Origin: Nitrospirota bacterium
Lineage (GTDB): Bacteria; Nitrospirota; JACRHJ01
Length of the DNA: 18,922 nucleotides
Assembly: GCA_963733375.1 (NCBI GenBank)
Contig: CAVTDB010000022.1
Location: forward strand, 1 to 18,922
Reading direction: 5' to 3'
Part shown: in pieces, positions 16,619-18,922 of the stretch
Layout: every line of letters starts with the position of its first letter
How positions within the stretch are numbered: position 1 is the stretch's first letter
Program-made: the position numbers and the translations under genes
The notes under the pieces: model-generated
Told to the model about the DNA's origin: nothing
The model's database searches: none
Seen by the model: only the letters and a program-made list of their open reading frames with translations

Positions 16619-18703
16619 CTATGTTGCACTGGCAGGACTGGTGGTGTCGCCTGAGTGCGCCTCTATGTCTCTCTTCGTACCCGGCTGTCTGCCGGTTATA
16701 ATCTGTGACATATATGCTGATAACAAACCACCCACGCCGTCCCCGCCCTGCACAAGAAGGTCAGGGGTTATCTTTATATTGCCAGCTGAAATCTGCTTGG
16801 CTATCTCTATGGAAGTAACAGCCTGCTGGCCGAGGGCCTTGTTCTGCAACTCGTATGCCTCGGCGGTGGATTTGCCCACAGCCAGTATCCTGGTCGCCTC
16901 CGCTTCGCCTTTAGCCTTTATCCCGGCAGCCTCGCCCTGGGCCTTCAACCTTATGCTTTCCCCTTCGCCTTCCGCGTTCTTTATGGCCATCTGTTTGTTC
17001 TGCTCGGCTACCTTGACGCCTATCTCGGCCGTGACGAGCGCGGTCTGCTGGTTGGCCTCGGCCCGGGTCTTTTCGGTCGCTATGCGCGTCTGCTCGGCCT
17101 GTTGCTCCGCCTCGTACATTGCGCGCTGCTGTTCGGCGATTATCTTCTTGGTTTGCGTGTCCATGAGTTCCTGCGGCAGGTTTATCTGGCATATAAGCAC
17201 GGACACGCACTCCACGTGGTACTTAGCAAGCTCAAGTTTGGTGCGCTCCTCGGCCTTCCGCTGCTCCTCCTGGCGGTCTTGCATGAAGTTCATCGCGGAC
17301 GTGGAAGATGCCTGGTTGCGGAAACTCGAATCTATCATAGGATGTATGACATGCAGTATCAGGTTGTCAATCGAGCCTATCTTTGAGACCATGTATGGCG
17401 CCTGGTCTGGGCGGACCCTCACCACCACTTTGACCGAGACGTCTATCGGGAACCCGTCTTTCGATATTACCTTGAGAGGGTCGAACCGGGTCTCTTGCGA
17501 ATTGTCCCAGTCTATGGTGATGTTGGTTGTGTCCAGGATGTAGGCTATGTATGCCCGCCTGTTCAAGTAGTACCTCCCGGGGCCGGCCACCTCCTGCTGT
17601 ATGCCCCGAAATCCCTTGGGCACTACATAGCGCTCGAAGCCCTTACGTAGACGAGTCTCTATCTTCTCCGCAGTCTCATCGCTGATCTGCTCGTCTTCTA
17701 CCCGTACTTCAGCAGTTTCTGCTATCGCGGTTGGCTCTGCCCCGACGTTCGATACTAAGACAGCGACCTGCCCCCGCTCTATCACTGCCACGTCATCAAG
17801 CTCTATTTTGAACATCAGCGGGTTGATGTAATAGGTGCCGGGTCTCAGCACATCGTACTGCGGACCTCTCTCGCCTCCCTCGGCCAGAAAACTTGACGCA
17901 TCCTGGTAATCGTTATGATTTTTCACAGACTTCGCCACGTACTCGCTTTCCGGCAGGGGGTCGCCGTCAAGGGCTGTTACAAGCCCGACCTTGTTGGCGG
18001 GTATTATGGTGGCATCATAGACCTCGACCTTGAAGAGGGCGGTGTTTATACGATAAGTGCCGGGCAGGAGGATGTCAATCTGCGGGCCTTTCTGCCCTTG
18101 ATTGTTCAGGAAGGCCTGTCCGTCCTCGAATTTCGAGTGCCCTTCGACATGCTTGGCGAGCAGCCTGCCCACCGGTATAGGCTGCCCGTCCATTGAGGTC
18201 ACCAGCCCTACCTTACCCTTGTCTATAATTATCGCGTTGCCCTTTATCATTTTGAAGAGGACAGGGTTGATCCTGTAAGTACCAGGCGGCAGCATCTGTA
18301 TTTGTGGCCCCTTCTCGCCCCCGTGGGCCAGGAAGGCCTCTCCGTCCTGAAACGAGTTATGCCCCTCGACTACCCTGGCGAATATCTTTCCCGGAGGCAC
18401 GGGGTTGCCGTCAATTGACTCCATCAGCCCTACCTCCAACTCGCCGATGGAGGTAAACGGGTACTTCGCCGCGTGGTACAGGAAAGGGATAAGGACGTGA
18501 AGGCCCGGACCCAGGGTCTTCGCCTGGATGCCTACCTCGCCTTCCATGGCCACGACGCGCCCCTGCGGCATGCCCCGTCCGATGTATCTCCTCTCCAGAA
18601 CCACCAATTCCCTGCCGCCGACAATGACAACGGACATATAAATCAGGAATAATGCCGCAAGGCTGATTATTGCGTAAACCGCATATACAAAATACGTTTC
18701 CAT
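16619..18703 (-). CDS. SPFH/band 7 (flotillin/YqiK-like) protein with tandem N-terminal repeats
   Basis: N-terminal TM; three 74-aa repeats; SPFH core SKDGFPIDVSVKVV...VIHPMIDSSFRN; AE/AQ-rich coiled coil; A.GEAE...A.G...AEAY; C-terminal KITPDLLVQGG. Confidence 0.9.
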   Translation of the reverse strand: METYFVYAVYAIISLAALFLIYMSVVIVGGRELVVLERRYIGRGMPQGRVVAMEGEVGIQAKTLGPGLHVLIPFLYHAAKYPFTSIGELEVGLMESIDGNPVPPGKIFARVVEGHNSFQDGEAFLAHGGEKGPQIQMLPPGTYRINPVLFKMIKGNAIIIDKGKVGLVTSMDGQPIPVGRLLAKHVEGHSKFEDGQAFLNNQGQKGPQIDILLPGTYRINTALFKVEVYDATIIPANKVGLVTALDGDPLPESEYVAKSVKNHNDYQDASSFLAEGGERGPQYDVLRPGTYYINPLMFKIELDDVAVIERGQVAVLVSNVGAEPTAIAETAEVRVEDEQISDETAEKIETRLRKGFERYVVPKGFRGIQQEVAGPGRYYLNRRAYIAYILDTTNITIDWDNSQETRFDPLKVISKDGFPIDVSVKVVVRVRPDQAPYMVSKIGSIDNLILHVIHPMIDSSFRNQASSTSAMNFMQDRQEEQRKAEERTKLELAKYHVECVSVLICQINLPQELMDTQTKKIIAEQQRAMYEAEQQAEQTRIATEKTRAEANQQTALVTAEIGVKVAEQNKQMAIKNAEGEGESIRLKAQGEAAGIKAKGEAEATRILAVGKSTAEAYELQNKALGQQAVTSIEIAKQISAGNIKITPDLLVQGGDGVGGLLSAYMSQIITGRQPGTKRDIEAHSGDTTSPASAT
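17780..18445 (-). repeat. Three tandem 74-aa (222-bp) protein repeats within the SPFH gene
   Basis: Each unit reads VGL..S/A.DG.P.P.....A..V..H..F/YQ/ED...FL..xG.K/RGPQ...L.PGTY.IN...FK (aa ~87-160, 161-234, 235-308). Confidence 0.9.
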
Positions 18704-18874
18704 ATTTATCCCCTTTTATCGATCCTGATGACCAAAAAAACTTTTTTTTGATAGAACTTGGTTCTTGACAGCGTAAGACTACATCAAGTTAAGGTATCGG
18801 TCAATAATAATTCCTTATTTCCGGGGCAAGCCTCAAAGGCGCATCCCGCCGGCTTCAGCTTCACGCAGCGCAAA

Positions 18875-18922
18875 TTACAGCCGCTTAATGAATTCCTTAA
18901 TCGTCCGCGATGAGTATTTTCG
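18875..18922 (-). CDS. Possible 3' end of an upstream gene (partial)
   Basis: Open frame from the window edge, RKYSSRTIKEFIKRL, ending in TAA; too short to identify. Confidence 0.3.
   Translation of the reverse strand, partial: RKYSSRTIKEFIKRL

Noticed and set aside
16518-17543. 341-aa plus-strand ORF
   Set aside because: Antisense shadow of the SPFH gene; Ser/Cys-rich with no recognisable family.
1-18922. tRNA, rRNA, integrase or intact transposase genes
   Set aside because: None recognised on either strand.

Overview
Bacterial chromosomal segment with moderately high GC and AT-rich intergenic gaps. Many single-base indels break otherwise intact genes, which suggests an unpolished long-read assembly. 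Left to right: the 3' part of a CusS/CzcS-type metal-sensor kinase, a CusR/CopR-type box, then PepSY and DUF347 (COG4705) genes; an AT-rich gap with a probable Y1-transposase remnant; a minus-strand nrdG-like activase, anmK and GH3 nagZ; a non-heme chloroperoxidase-type hydrolase between REP-like hairpins; an FRG-domain gene split by an in-frame TAG; a minus-strand DUF3024 / UPF0104 membrane protein / GT2 operon; a cold-shock gene with a long structured leader; ftsK; a heavily frameshifted SulP-STAS transporter; a small secreted OB-fold-like protein; and a long SPFH protein with tandem 74-aa repeats. The best leads are the GT2, which resembles eukaryotic queuosine-tRNA galactosyltransferase (QTGAL/B3GNTL1) along its length, the vault-like repeat-expanded SPFH protein, the in-frame amber codon in FRG, and the csp leader RNA. 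All family calls come from motif recognition, not database searches.
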